Origin: Octopus vulgaris
Lineage: Eukaryota
NCBI GenBank assembly: GCA_951406725.2
Contig: OX597830.1
Span: 72,354,001 to 72,418,000 of the forward strand
Length of the DNA stretch: 64,000 bases
Direction: 5' to 3'
Each line of letters begins with the position of its first letter. The stretch's first letter is position 1. The notes beneath the pieces are model-generated. The model was given only the letters and a program-made list of their open reading frames with translations, ran no database searches and was not told the DNA's origin. Positions 1 to 13,230 of the stretch are shown here, one piece after another. Position numbers and translations under genes: made by a program.

Positions 1-64
1 TATATATATATATGTGTGTAAATATATATATATGTGTGTGTGTGTGTGCTTGTATATATGTATA

Positions 65-113
<49 letters not shown>

Positions 114-118
114 GTAAA

Positions 119-414
119 CTAGCAGTATCGCCCGGCGTTGCTCGGGTTTGTAAGGGAAATAACTATATAAGCATTTTTAGAGAGTTACTTCCCTTATATA
201 ATAGCAAAAGTGCATTAAAAATGGGAAAAAATGATGGTAATTTTTTTTTTAATCGTAGACTCATCGTAGACGCGCGCTAATACACAGAAGGGCTCGATAT
301 GAATCACGACTATAAGATACCAGCTTTTGGTTAAACTGCACCGCAAAATGTGGGAGTAGTTAGGAATCTAAATCGTAGGAGACAGACACACAACTTCACT
401 TTTATATATAAAGA
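119..414 (-). mobile_element. Non-autonomous Helitron
   Basis: Minus strand starts TC and ends CCCGAGCAACGCCGGG hairpin + CTAG. Inserted between A and T with no TSD. The 3' ~130 bp is related to 52556-52939. Confidence 0.8.
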
Positions 415-426
415 TATATATATCAG

Positions 427-478
427 CGGCGGTGCCCCAGCATGGCCGGAACCTTCGGGCTGAAACATTTTAAAGGAT
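427..478 (+). mobile_element. Isolated 3' tip of SINE family A type (GGTGCCCCAGCATGGCC-hairpin-GAAAC)
   Basis: Matches the 3' terminus of full family A copies; embedded in (TA)n. Confidence 0.6.
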
Positions 479-500
479 ATATATATGTATATATATATAT

Positions 501-990
501 AAGTCAAAATGAGGGTGAAAACATAGGATATTAATTTAATAACATCAATTTAAACACCAGTGGCCTTGCGTATAAAAGACTGAGATTCAGTAAATATTAT
601 TAATACACAACTATGACAGAGAATCCACTATGTGGACGTTCTTACGCTAGATATAGATCCGCATAGGGACTCAACCACTAAGAATTGTTCTGAAGAAAAA
701 ATTTAGTACACTAAGAACTAAGCGAGCAGGACAAATGAAAAATAGCAAAAATATAGATTAACCCCATACAACTGTATCACTGTTAATAAATAATGTAATT
801 TTTCTTACATAAATATCCTCAGATCATCGGTGGAGTACGTCATAAAATATATTTTGTCCAATTAACACGAGGTCAGAGACACGAGCAGTTCGGCCGATTA
901 TATTCACAGTTACATTCAAATGCCCTCGTTCTAGCGCGCCAAATTCCCGCAAATAAATATTGCATAAGTAATTCACTGCAATAGTTTACG
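501..990. mobile_element. Unclassified interspersed repeat fragment
   Basis: Its end AAGTCAAAATGAGGGTGAAAACATAGGATATTA recurs in reverse complement at ~48537-48570, both times next to (TA)n. Internal extent is uncertain. Confidence 0.35.
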
Positions 991-2320
991 ACGGTTTGGG
1001 TTAGGGTTAGGGTTAGGGTTAGGGCTAGGGTTAGGGTTAGGGTTAGGGCTAGGGTTAGGGTTAGGGTTAGGGTTAGGATTAGGGTTAGGGTTTGGGTTGG
1101 GGTTAGGGTTGGGGTTAGAGTAAGGGTTATGGTTAGGATAAAAGCTAGGGTTTGGTTTAGGGTTAGGGTTAGGGCAAGGGTTAAGTTTAGGGTTAAGGTT
1201 AGGGTAAGGGTTAGGGTTAGGGCTAGGGTTAGGGTTAGGGTTAGTGTTAGTTTTATGGTTAGGGTTATGGTTAGGGTTAGGGTAGTGTTAGGTTTAGGGT
1301 TAGGGTAAGGGCTAGGGTAAATGTTAGGGTTAGGGTTAGGGTTAGGGTTAGGGATAGGGTTAGGGTTAGGGTTTGGGTTGGGGTTAGGGTTGGGGTTAGG
1401 GTAAGGGTTATGGTTAGGGTAAAAGCTAAGGTTAGGCTAGGGTAAGGGTTATGGCAAGGATTAGGGTTAAGTTTAGGGTTAAGGCTAGGGTAAGGGTTAG
1501 GGCTAGGGTTAGGGTTAGGGTTAGGGTTAGGGTTAGGGATAGGGTTAGAGTTAGAGTTAAGGGAATAGGTAGGGCTAGGAATAGGTTTAGGGTTAGTGTT
1601 AGTGTTATGGTTAGGGTTATGGTTAGGGTTAGGGTTAGGGTTAGGGTTAGGGTTAGGGTTAGGGTTAGGGTTAGGGTTAGGGACAGGATAGGGTTAGGGT
1701 TAGGATCAGGGTTAAGGTTAGGTTTAGGGCTAGGATTAGAGTTGGGATATGGCTAGGGTTAGGGCTAGGGTTAGGGTTAGAGCTAGGGTTTGGGTTAGGG
1801 TTAGTTTTAGGTTTAGGGTTAGGGTTTTGGTTAGGGTTAGGGCTAGGGATAGGGGTAGAGTTAGGGTTAGGGTTAGGGCTAGGGTTAGGGTGAGGGTTAG
1901 GGTTAGGTTTAGGGCTAGGGTTAGCGTGAGGGTTAGGGTTAGGGCTGTGGTTAGGGTTCGGTTTAGGGTTAAGGTTAGGGCCAGGGTTATGGTTACGGTT
2001 AGGGTGAGGGTTAGGGTTAGGGTTAGGGTTACGCTTAGGGTTAGGGTTAGGGTGGGTGTTAGGGTAAGTGTTAGGACTAGTGTTAGGGTTAGGTTTAGGG
2101 TTAAGCTTAGGGTAGGGTTAGGGTAAGGGCTAGTGTTAGGGCTAGGCTTAGGGTTATGTTTGTGGTTAGGGTTAGGGTAAGTGTTAGTGTTAGGGTTAGG
2201 GTTAGGGCTAGAGTTAGGGTTAGGGTTAGGGTTAGGGATAGGGTTAGGGTTAGGGCTAGGGTTAGGGTTAGGGCCAGGGTTAGGGTTATGTTTAGGGTTT
2301 GGCTAGGTTTAGTGTTAGGG
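991..2320 (+). repeat. Degenerate interstitial telomeric-type array (TTAGGG)n
   Basis: About 1.3 kb of TTAGGG with variants CTAGGG, TAAGGG, TTATGG, TTAGGT and ATAGGG; non-telomeric DNA on both sides. Confidence 0.95.
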
Positions 2321-2462
2321 ACGTGGAACAAATAAAGTATCATTGGACGCTCAGGAAAGAAGGGAAGAAGGAGGGTTTAACGTTTCGAGCGGAGCTCTTC
2401 GTCGGAAACATAGGAGAAGGAAAGATCCCGAGAAGGGAAGACAGAGGGGAAAAATCGCCAGC
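2319..2462 (-). mobile_element. Short PLE-type (pseudo-LTR-like) repeat carrying a minimal hammerhead motif
   Basis: About 90% identical by eye to the reverse complement of 34512-34653; abuts the TTAGGG array on one side and (TA)n on the other. Confidence 0.7.
2375..2409 (-). ncRNA. Minimal type I hammerhead ribozyme-like motif (U4C variant)
   Basis: Minus strand reads GTTT-CCGACGA-A-GAGC-TCC-GCTC-GAAA-CGTT-AAAC: stem I GTTT/AAAC, stem II GAGC/GCTC, palindromic ACGT stem III. Confidence 0.55.
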
Positions 2463-2584
2463 ATATATATATATATATACCCAAGGTAGCACCATAAACC
2501 AGCCTACACCAGATAAATATATATACTGCTCAACTTCTTAGAGTTTGCTTCTTCACATTAATATTTTTCTAATAACGATGTATG

Positions 2585-2622
<38 letters not shown>

Positions 2623-3026
2623 TAAATAGCATACGTAATGTTTATGCCTGTTATACAGGGAGAAAAATTTGGCACTTGAAAGCGTCTAGATATATTGAGA
2701 TATCATATTTATGTACCCATAATACATTCTACTTGTTTTCAGCGTATTCCTGCATGAGTCTGCACACCTGTTCTTATAATGCGCATAATTACATCAAGTA
2801 ATCGCTGAATTTTTGGAACAGCTGTAAAGACGTGTCTAGAAATGTATTTTTGTTCAATAACTATATTTACAGTTAGTTTTGCATAAAATCTAGAGCGAAG
2901 GATATAACCAATATATTTTCATACATACGGTTTTGTCAATTTTTTTCCACCTTATATATACAAAGACATGCATACAATTATTTCCGTTGGTGACAACAGA
3001 ATCATTGAAACGAAGAAACTGTATTC

Positions 3027-3100
<74 letters not shown>

Positions 3101-5559
3101 TCAAGAGCGAGGGAAAGAGAGAGAGAGAGAGAGAGGTGTGTGAATGTGTGTGCAAACGTATTTTTCTTGAATATTCTATACATAACTTTTCGTCTCAATA
3201 AAAATTTTACATTTAATTTATATTTCTTTATATTCGACAACATCAATACAGACTTTGTTACTCATTTGTTCATTATTATTGAGTGTCTTCTTATTCTGAT
3301 ACTGTTTTAATTATTTATTTCTATGATGTAGTTTGTCTTTAATTTGTTTGCTTTACTCCATCTTGGTTCGTATTAATAGAAGCCATGATACCGTGGTTGT
3401 AGAAGGATTCTTGCATGCGTTTCAAAATAAATTAGAAAATTACAAATCTGACAAGGATATTCAGATGGTGACATTGGTCATTCGAGTTCTGGTGAGAGTT
3501 ACAGGAGAATTTAATTGGAATCTGACAGTTGATAACTAAAATGTAATTACATGATATCACATATCAAAGTATTATTTCATCAGAAGCATTGCTTTCACAA
3601 ATGGTTTATTACTTGTATGTGATTTACACCACACATTTTAATTATTGATGTTTTTGATGCGAGAACTTTACAGAAATTACAAGGAAATTCTTGATAAAAT
3701 GAATTTTGCAACATAGTTTCGATTTTCACATGTATCAACTTTATGTTTCTTGCACTGCTGAAAATTGCATCTCATCAGATATTTTTAGTGGCTTTTATGT
3801 TTTAGGCATCATTAGATCTTAATCAGCAACATTGTTTCATTACCTACAATATTATTATTGTTGTTTCTCCTCAACCCAGATCTGATCACGTATACATGTG
3901 CTTCAAACATTCCAGCAATGTTCATCGTATTTTATCTTCTGGTAAACCATTTAGGATTACATGTAATTCAACTTAACACTTTTTTTTTAATTATGACAAT
4001 ATTTGGTCTTAGCGAGCGAAATTCAGCTGTTCAAAGATCATGCTGACACACCCTTTTTGACTCACTTTTGCTTTGCTATTATATCACCAAGTTCCATGTC
4101 ATCTTGCCTTTATCTATTAGTCATTAATCCCCTTTCAGAATATCGAAACCACTATTTGGGATGTTCAAACCATTGGAGAATTTATCCACCCTCTCATGTC
4201 ATTGAATATCTTCATATTTTCTACAATAATTTACGGTTTGACCAACAACTCTACTTTAAAATTTCGTCTGAGATAAATTTAGGCAGACCACAAACCATTT
4301 TTCATTCTGGTTTCCGATCCCGAACTGTCTTTGCTTTTTCAGTAGCTCGTATAATTCAGTAGGTGAAATTTTTATATTTTTAAATTTTATTTTAAATATC
4401 TTGTATTTTACAGGATATTTGATTTCATGATAGCCGTCTAATCAGTATGTCTTGTGTAGATAAAAATCACCTGGTCCTTTTCTCTCAGTTATGGCGTGCT
4501 TTTCCAAATTGGAGAGAACGATGATCCATCACAACATATCTTATGTAAATATACCTGACAAACTTTGATTGTTAAGTAGATAAACCAAGGCAAGCAAGAA
4601 GAACCATAAGGCAAATGATGTACTTGTTTAAGTAAGTTGCATTATTCTTTAAAGACAAGACTATAAGCATTTTTCTTGCTTTACCTGTGATAAGAAGAGA
4701 TCAAAGGGATTCCTACATCAGCCACTGTTTTTTTGTTTTTTTTTGTAGTGCTTACGCAAATGGAATTTCTATAATGAAAAAGCACAAGATTGTCTACCGA
4801 AACAAGTATTCAGCGAGCAAACTAGTTAAATATGATGGCGTTATACTCTAAATGAGAGACTTGCTTACATGACTGATGACACAAAGCTGGATTTGGAGTA
4901 GTTGCTGAATCTTTCGCTGGTCATGTGTGTATTAGCTGAAGCAACTTTAGATCCTGATTTATTTAGTCAAGAGAGTATGAATAATATGACTTCAGGTGGT
5001 TAGATGATTTCCCTGGCAGCACTAAAGGAAGATAAGTTACTTGACACAAATATGTTCTTAAAAGGGAAACCATATGCTATGGTAACGTGCCGTGCAGTAA
5101 ATGACTTACTCTTTTATAGCAAAATCATCATTAAACTCGTCCCAAACTACTCTTAGACTCATACAGCATATTACTAGCGCCTCATTATTGATTCCTCGAA
5201 AACAAACTTGAAAGCAGTTCTGCTTAACGAGACGATAATGCTATGCTTCCCTTCGTTCACACTATCAACCATTAGGACACATACAATTCCATGGATAACC
5301 CATTGATATCATTCAATAAATGGTTTATTTAGGGATTTTCATTGAAAATCTCATTCATTTGCTATGCTAACTAGCTTAGAACATTCGTCCTACAATGAAT
5401 CACTATATTAAACACGTCAATAAGGTTAGCATAAGTCCCACTAATGAGCAATGATTTCCATTTAGTTCCTCTCTTATTACATTTCTAAGACTTCTATATT
5501 AAACTTTGTTTAACGAAAACATCTTTACAAACAGGCATAACTGAGTGATAAACATTTTC

Positions 5560-5905
5560 CTTCCAATTCACATGATTTCAGTTTCAATCCCACTGCGTTG
5601 CACTTTGGTCTTCTGTTATAGTTTCTGGCCGACCAAAGCTTCGTAATGGATTTGACTGTCGGAAACTGAAAGAAGCCTGTCGTATATGTATGTGTGTGTG
5701 TTTGCTTTTGTTTGTTTGTCCCCCACCACCCATCAACAGCAAACAACCGGTGTCAGTGTGTTTATCTCCCCAAAATTTAGCGGTTCAGCAAAAAATTGGT
5801 CGATATAATAATTCCAGGCTTAAAAAGAATGTCGATTCGTTCGACTAAATTCTTCAAGGCGCTGCTCCAGCATGGCTGCAATCTAATGACTGAAACAAGT
5901 AAAGG
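5560..5905 (+). mobile_element. SINE family A, diverged copy
   Basis: Colinear similarity with 6300-6740. Confidence 0.8.
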
Positions 5906-6129
5906 ATAACCATAGTAAATCCATAGTAAAAGTAAGCAGATGATTTTATCAGTACATTCTTACAACATTCCCCAACGTGAACGTTGTAAAGTCTAGGATT
6001 CGAATGGTCGTAACCAAAATCAGTGAACTTTCTGAACTTTCTGAACTTTTCAACTCCGTACATTATTACTTAGCCATTGACTCTTCTTTTTGATTTTTTT
6101 CTTCCTTTTTGTCTCCCATTTTACCTCTG

Positions 6130-6296
6130 AAATCAACACGTTTTATTCATTCTCTCTCTATTTATTTCCTCTTACACCGTTCTGTCGAAGAGCGTAGGCT
6201 CGAAACGTAAAGAACTTTTCCATTTTTCCGAGCGTCAAACTTGCTTCTTGTTCCTACACCTGCCTTCATGTGTGTTTTTCTATAAATTTGAAAGTT
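6130..6296 (+). mobile_element. PLE-type short repeat with degenerate hammerhead motif (6178-6213)
   Basis: CTGTCGA-A-GAGC-GTAG-GCTC-GAAA-CGTA followed by GAGCGTCAAA, as in the 2319/34490 family. Confidence 0.5.
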
Positions 6297-6299
6297 ATA

Positions 6300-6462
6300 G
6301 GCGTAGGAGTGGCTGTGTGGTAAGTAGCTTGCTTACGAACCACCTAGTTTCTGGTTGAGTCCCACTGCGTGGCACCTTGGGCAAGTGACTTCTGCTATAG
6401 CCTCGGGTCAGCAAAAGCCTTGTGAGTAGATTTGGTAGACGGAAACTGAAAGAAGCTTGTCG

Positions 6463-6519
<57 letters not shown>

Positions 6520-6739
6520 GTGTGTGTGTATGTATGTGTGTGTATATGTTTGTGTGTCTGTGTTTGTCCCCCCAACATCGCTTGACAACCGATGCTGGTG
6601 TGTTTATATACCCGTAACTTAACGGTTCAGCAAGAATAAGTACTAGGCTTACAAAGAATAAGTCATGGGGTCGATTTGCTCGAGTAAAGGCGGTCCTCCA
6701 GCATGGCCACAGTCAAAATGACTGAAACAAGTAAAAGAG

Positions 6740-6740
<1 letters not shown>
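6300..6740 (+). mobile_element. tRNA-derived SINE family A, full length
   Basis: A box TGGCTGTGTGG, B-box-like GGTTGAGTCC, CORE-like ACCTTGGGCAAGT, internal (TA)n(TG)n, 3' stem-loop and GTAAAAGA tail; many copies in the window. Confidence 0.9.
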
Positions 6741-6771
<31 letters not shown>

Positions 6772-6904
6772 TCTTAGACACCCTCATTTTTAATTGTTAA
6801 AAATTATTACCTTTGTACGGTATTTTTCCCATGCTGGCCACTTGATAATATGGATACTTAAATATCGATATTATCCTCATATATAAATATATATATATAT
6901 ATAT

Positions 6905-7030
6905 ATGACGGGCTACCTTCTGTTTTCGTCTACTTAATCTACTCACAAGGTTTTGGTTGGCCCCTGGCTATAGAAGAAGGTGCACACTGTAGCATTGAAC
7001 CCTGAATCATGTGGTTGGAAAGCAAGAGCC
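6905..7030 (-). mobile_element. SINE family A 5' fragment, diverged
   Basis: Similarity to the family A head and body. Confidence 0.65.
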
Positions 7031-8620
7031 ATATCTATATCTATATAGATATATGTGTGTGTGCGTGTGTGTGTAAATGTTTGTATGTGTGTTTATACGC
7101 GCCAGATTTTAAGATATATATATTATGGTCGATTTGTTCGACTAAAACATTTCAAGGTGGTACCCCGTCAAGGTTAAAGTCCGGTAACTGAAAGAAGAGA
7201 AAGAGAAAGGAAAGAATCTATCTATTGTGCAAATGTATGGGTTGGGGGGTCCCTCGTTTGGCCGGTCATCCCATTGAGAATTCCGAAATAAACGAGGTTG
7301 AGTTGCTAGGACTAAGCAAGTTTCAAAGTATTCTCTCTTCTATTTGCATTGCATTTATCATTCGCTTGCTCGTCGTTCCTTTCTTGTGCAATTTGTAATC
7401 TAAAGTCTGCTTTCTCGGCTACACCATTCATTGTTCATCACCTCTATTCATTTCCTCTCCCCTGACATTCCTCAACAGCTGTCTATTTAGAAATATTTAT
7501 TAATGTATTTGAAGTAAATGACATTTAGTCACACCGAACAATTCCGAAACAGTAGTAAATTTTCAACGTAACACTTCTAAACGTTTTCAACCCAAAGGAT
7601 CTCTTGCAGAAACCTCACTAAAAGTTATACTTACTTACACAGTTAAGTACTCCACTATGTACAATAGAGCATAGTTTATTGCTATCATTTTCTCATCATA
7701 AGCACCGACTTTTCACACGTTCCTTCGCTTCTGTCGACCAGCTCCCGCCACCTAATTGACGCTTGTTAGTCTCCCTACTTTCTCCTATTATTTCGTCAGC
7801 AGCTATTACTGAAGGCTGAGGTGGAAATGTGAAATTCAACTTAACTATAACCATCAAATTATAATCAACGCTTGTTTTTTATGACTGACACTTCGACTAG
7901 TTCAAGTATCTTCATTTTATCAGTAACACAAGTCTTATTTCTGTGGTTTATGCTATCTAAGTCCGGCTACATTATTTATATATGATTATCTATCTCTACG
8001 CATAACAGCCTACTTTCTTCTGTTTGAAAACCAAAACCAAATAGCTTACAGAAAGGGCCTTTACGCATTAATGACATCTTTAACATTTCTCTGTCACTCA
8101 AATTTCTTTTTATCATTAAACTTCCTTTTCAATGAAATACTAAAACGTGGTCGATCACGAAAAAAAACAAAAACACCACCAAACTATTGTCAGGGCAGGG
8201 TAAGATATTCTGCATCTGGCACTGGAATCTATTACGCCACAGAAAAAAAATCTTCAGATATTTAGTGAAAAATATATTTATGATATCTATGATTATATGT
8301 TACATAAGTACTCTGGTAAATAGTTATATTAAAATCTGCCACTTTTCGTTTCTATATGAACAGAATATAAACGATTTTATATATAGTTTATCGGTAATAA
8401 GTATCGACCAAATAAGTCTGTAATAAATGAAATAACTTGATAAAGTTTACATAATAATTCTTTCTTTCCATTTCTCTCTAGATATATTGCCTATGTGTAT
8501 GTGCATCCGTGTTTATTTACGTATTCATTGCTAAACATAAAAGCGTGTGTGTGTGTGTGTGTACAAGTATAGTGATGCAAACAGGAGAAGTAGAACACAC
8601 AATAGAGGTATATTTAAACT

Positions 8621-8745
8621 TTTATGATCATTTAGCAGAAATAATAGAGTGACTCAAGGTCCGAGAGTTTCGTGCGTTGATAAGTGCCACCGCGCGAAGC
8701 TCTCGGACATTGGGTCACTCATTTACTTTTGCTAAATATTGATAA
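8621..8745. repeat. Imperfect fold-back inverted repeat (~55 bp arms)
   Basis: TTTAGCAGAAATAATAGAGTGACTCAAGGTCCGAGAGTTTCGTGCG versus CGCGCGAAGCTCTCGGACATTGGGTCACTCATTTACTTTTGCTAAA. Confidence 0.85.
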
Positions 8746-8945
8746 ACGCACACGCACATTTCATCCCTCTTATATGTATGAAATGTAATTTTTCTGAATC
8801 TTCAGATTTTTCTATATGCTAGACGACTGGTTTTAAATTGATATTAATCAAATTAATATTCAACTTTTCACCCCTGTTATTTTATATATATATATAAATA
8901 TATATATATATACTTTATTTAAGACAGCAGAAAATTCAACAAAAC

Positions 8946-8983
8946 CTGTTACTCTGAGTTTCCCGTTGCCGTTCATCGGACAG
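8946..8983 (-). ncRNA. Minimal hammerhead ribozyme-like motif
   Basis: Minus strand reads CTGT-CCGATGA-A-CG-GCAA-CG-G-GAAA-CTCAGA-GTA-ACAG: stem I CTGT/ACAG, GNRA-capped stem II, ACTC/GAGT stem III, GUA site. Confidence 0.55.
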
Positions 8984-9089
8984 TTTTTGCTAGAATGGAA
9001 CCGATATGTCAATTCTATCCAGCATATTACTCTACCACTGGTATTTGAGTATCTTTTTCCACCTTGTTTCACATTTATGTGTTTACTCC

Positions 9090-9159
<70 letters not shown>

Positions 9160-9254
9160 TGTACTGTTCAATGATGGTAGGATCAACAAAAAAGTGATCT
9201 ATCTGGTGAGAGATAAATGATATTTAATAGACACAATATATATTTTTACGTGCT

Positions 9255-9690
9255 ACTATTGGAAATCTTAACTATGTCAGTTTTTACGTGAAGAGAAAAG
9301 AGAGGGGAGGGGGGCACTAAATAATTTTCCTATGTCAAATTTTAGGTCTATTATTATTATTCCGATTAATATTAGAAGGGTTATTTATTAATTTACCTTT
9401 AAAGCCACTATTGGCCAGGGCATTGTAGTTAAGATGCTACCTTTTCGAAAATTTCTTTAGAGAAAGAAAGATTAGAAACTCTATTACTAATATTATCTAC
9501 CAGGATTTTAAATATTACAGGAAGGTGACAAGAGTGTTTATGTATATAGGCAAGATTCTCGTTACGCTTATGATAAGGTTTATAAGAGGAGATCAGGACT
9601 AGGGAAGCTTTGTACAGATTAGTAGCTACTGTGATTTTAAGGCCTAAATGTAGAAGTAAGTTGTTTCCTAAATCTATCAAGGGTGTGATC
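9255..9690 (-). pseudogene. Penelope-like element reverse transcriptase C-terminal/thumb relic
   Basis: LGLKITVATNL...YKPYHKRNENLAYIHKHSCHLPVIFK...RVSNLSFSKEIF, then NALANSGF and RKII*CPP after frameshifts; matches the PLE RT pattern YKPYxKPN..YI...SNHPP...RKIIWFNPP. Confidence 0.75.
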
Positions 9691-9741
9691 ATCACAGCCA
9701 TGGGAAATACCGAAAACGTCGTCATGGTATAGACAAACATC

Positions 9742-10198
<457 letters not shown>

Positions 10199-10366
10199 CG
10201 TGAAATAAGAAAGCTAGATCACATTGTGCTTAATACAAAGTGACACAAAGGTTGCAGACGTCAGTACTTCTCAATAACTTACAGACATAGAATAACTAAA
10301 ATTACACTATACAGTGTGACGCTCTCTTTGGTTGCAATTTAAGGGATATTTAACAAGCAAGTTTAA

Positions 10367-10574
10367 TACTCTTACTCTTCTACTCTTTTACTTGTTTCAG
10401 TCATTTGACAGCGGCCATGCTGGAGCACCGCCTTTAGTCGAGCAAATCGACCCCGGGACTTATTCTTTGTAAGCCCAGTACTTATTCTATCGGTCTCTTT
10501 TGCCGAACCGCTAGGTGACGGGGACGTAAACACACCAGCATCGGTTGTCAAGTAATGCTAGGGGGGACACACAA

Positions 10575-10639
<65 letters not shown>

Positions 10640-10799
10640 TACGACAGGCTTTCAGTTTCCGTCTACCAAATCCACTCACAAGGCATTGGTCGGCCCGGGC
10701 TATAGCAGAAGACACTTGCCCAAGATGCCACGCAGTGGACTGAACCCGGAACCATGTGGTTGGTTAGCAAGCTACTTACCACACAGCCACTCCTGCGCC
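10367..10799 (-). mobile_element. SINE family A, full length, young
   Basis: Near-identical to 32877-33288 and 30020-30183. Confidence 0.92.
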
Positions 10800-10976
10800 T
10801 ATGTCGAACCATTAATTAAAATTCTGTTTGCATCGACAAATGAGTCTCTATCACGTGACGCATTTTCCGTTCAGTCGATGAAAATATCATGTATTCACTC
10901 TGTTGGCTGAAATGTACTTGGTTAAAGTACAGAAAAAAAGAGCACTCGTCATCATACTAGGCCATATCTTAATACC

Positions 10977-11202
10977 TATTTCTTTATTACCCACAAGGGG
11001 CTAAACACAGAGGGGACAAACAAAGACAGACATAGGTATTAAGTCGATTATATCGATCCCAGTGCGTAACTGGTACTTAATTTATCGACCCCGAAAGGAT
11101 GAAAGGCAAAGTCGACCTCGGCGGAATTTGAACGCACAACGTAACGCAGACGAAATACCGCTAAGCATTTCGCCCGGCGTGCTAACGTTTCTGCCAGCTC
11201 GC
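10977..11202 (-). mobile_element. SINE family B with 16-bp TSD
   Basis: Head GGCGAGCTGGCAGAA, B-box-like GTTCAAATTCC, Meta-domain-like GCCTTTCATCCTTTCGGGGTCGATAAATTAAGTACCAG. TSD GCCATATCTTAATACC at 10961-10976 and 11201-11216. Confidence 0.9.
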
Positions 11203-11393
11203 CATATCTTAATACCATAAACCATTGCATACCACACCGTACAGTCTTTTAATTACTGTATATTACCATATGGATGCTACGCCCCTCATGTTTTCATTTC
11301 CCTTAGTTACCACACCCTCATCTTTAATATTTCATGCCTAATTACGAAAACAAAACATATCTACGGAAAAAAGTGATTACTTTTGCAGCTATT

Positions 11394-11483
<90 letters not shown>

Positions 11484-11533
11484 TGCACACACACATATGT
11501 ATGTATATATATATATATACACACATACATACA

Positions 11534-11609
<76 letters not shown>

Positions 11610-11610
<1 letters not shown>

Positions 11611-11820
11611 TTCTTTACTACCCACAAGGGGCTAAACACAGACGGGACAAACAAGGACAGACGAACGGATTAAGTCGATTATATCGACCCCAGTGTGTAA
11701 CTGGTACTTAATTTATCGACCCCGAAAGGATGAAAGGCAAAGTCGACCTCGGCGGAATTTGAACTCGGAACGTGACGACAGACGAAATACAGCTACGCAT
11801 TTCGCCCGGCGTGCTAACGT
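11610..11820 (-). mobile_element. SINE family B, slightly 5'-truncated
   Basis: Near-identical to 47708-47937. Confidence 0.9.
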
Positions 11821-11891
11821 ATATAGATAGATAGATATAGAGAGAGCGTGATAGACAAACAGACAGATATTTATATATGTGTGTTTTTGTG

Positions 11892-11984
<93 letters not shown>

Positions 11985-12714
11985 ATACACTCACACACAC
12001 ACACACATACATATATATATATGCGTACATACGAATGTATACATTTGTATATGTGTGTGTGCGAGAGACAGAGAGAGAGAGAGGGAGAGAGAGAAAAGAG
12101 AGTGTGCTCGCGCGTACGTATTCGCGCGCTCACACAAATACTCTTTTACATCACAAAGCTTCATTTGTCGTTACATATTTTCTCCTTCTTATATTCTTTG
12201 ATATGCATAGATTATATAACTAAGTGTCGTTTCAAGATTTGAATCCAGATGTCAGTGAAAACTAAAAACAGGTTTCTTCTTTTTTTATTGAGATAAATTC
12301 ATTAAATGCTTCTCAAAATAACCCCAAATTTCATAGAATAAGGCTTATCCCAAATACCAAGAAATAATAAAATAGTCCTTTACTTTAAGAATATCTTATT
12401 TCTCATGCAGTCGTATTTCACAGAGTGTTATCACAAAAGTGAGTTTTATTTTCTTGCGTGTTCTTCGCATTTCATCGTGCTGCTTTCTTTTGTTTCATAA
12501 TCTTTGTATTTATTACCTCCCCGTGGATAGATGTTGAAGTGTTACAGTGCCGAGTTGTGAAATAGAAGTTTCAGTGTAAAGGCACCAATGTAATGACACT
12601 CCTGAACTTGCTGTCCTTGTGCTAAAATTTGAAACCAATATATTGTTTGTAACACACATTGGCATTTAACGACTTCTGTGAATGACGTCAATTTATAGAT
12701 GAATGTACTCTTCT

Positions 12715-13230
12715 TTATGGTTAGTCCATAATACTCCATAAGGAGCATTTTATACCAGTGGACATGATATTGTACTACGTCCTTGATTTCAGACCAAGAG
12801 AGACCGATTTCTTTGGCTTCATTTTACACGCATACTTTCCAGGTCGTCTTAGGTCGTCTAAATTTCCTCTTTCCTTCGGGTTTGCCAGTCTGACACTTGT
12901 CTTGCAATGCTGCTTGGAGGTTTCCTTAAAGTGCGACCGACCCAACCCCATTTACTTTTCAGTATTGTCTTGATTGATGAGAGCTTGGTTCGATCCTCTC
13001 CCACAGAGTTATGACTGAAATTTCGTCCGGCAAGTAGATCTTGAGGATGAAGCGCAGACATTTATTGAGAAAAGTCTGTAGCTTACTCTTTATGGCTTTA
13101 GAGACCCTCCAAATTTCTGACCCGAAAAGACAAACAGCTTTAACATTGGAACTGAAGATACGGAGTTTTGTTTGAAAGATGGTTTCGGAGTTCTGGACCG
13201 GTCGAAGAATGTTACCAGGCCTTGCCATGC
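12715..13230 (-). pseudogene. RTE-clade LINE ORF 3' relic
   Basis: TKLRIFSSNVKAVCLFGSEIW...LQTFLNKCLRFILKI...KWGWVGRTLRKPPSSIARQVSDW...RPKTTW, with frameshifts. Confidence 0.85.

Noticed and set aside
991-2320. Functional chromosome end
   Set aside because: The array is highly degenerate and more than 60 kb of sequence continues beyond its G-strand 3' end.
3300-5100. Decayed DNA transposon (minus-strand RCNFQQCKKHKVDTC near 3720-3780 recalls a piggyBac Cys-rich tail)
   Set aside because: I could not recover a catalytic motif, TIRs or a continuous frame; a translated HMM search is needed.
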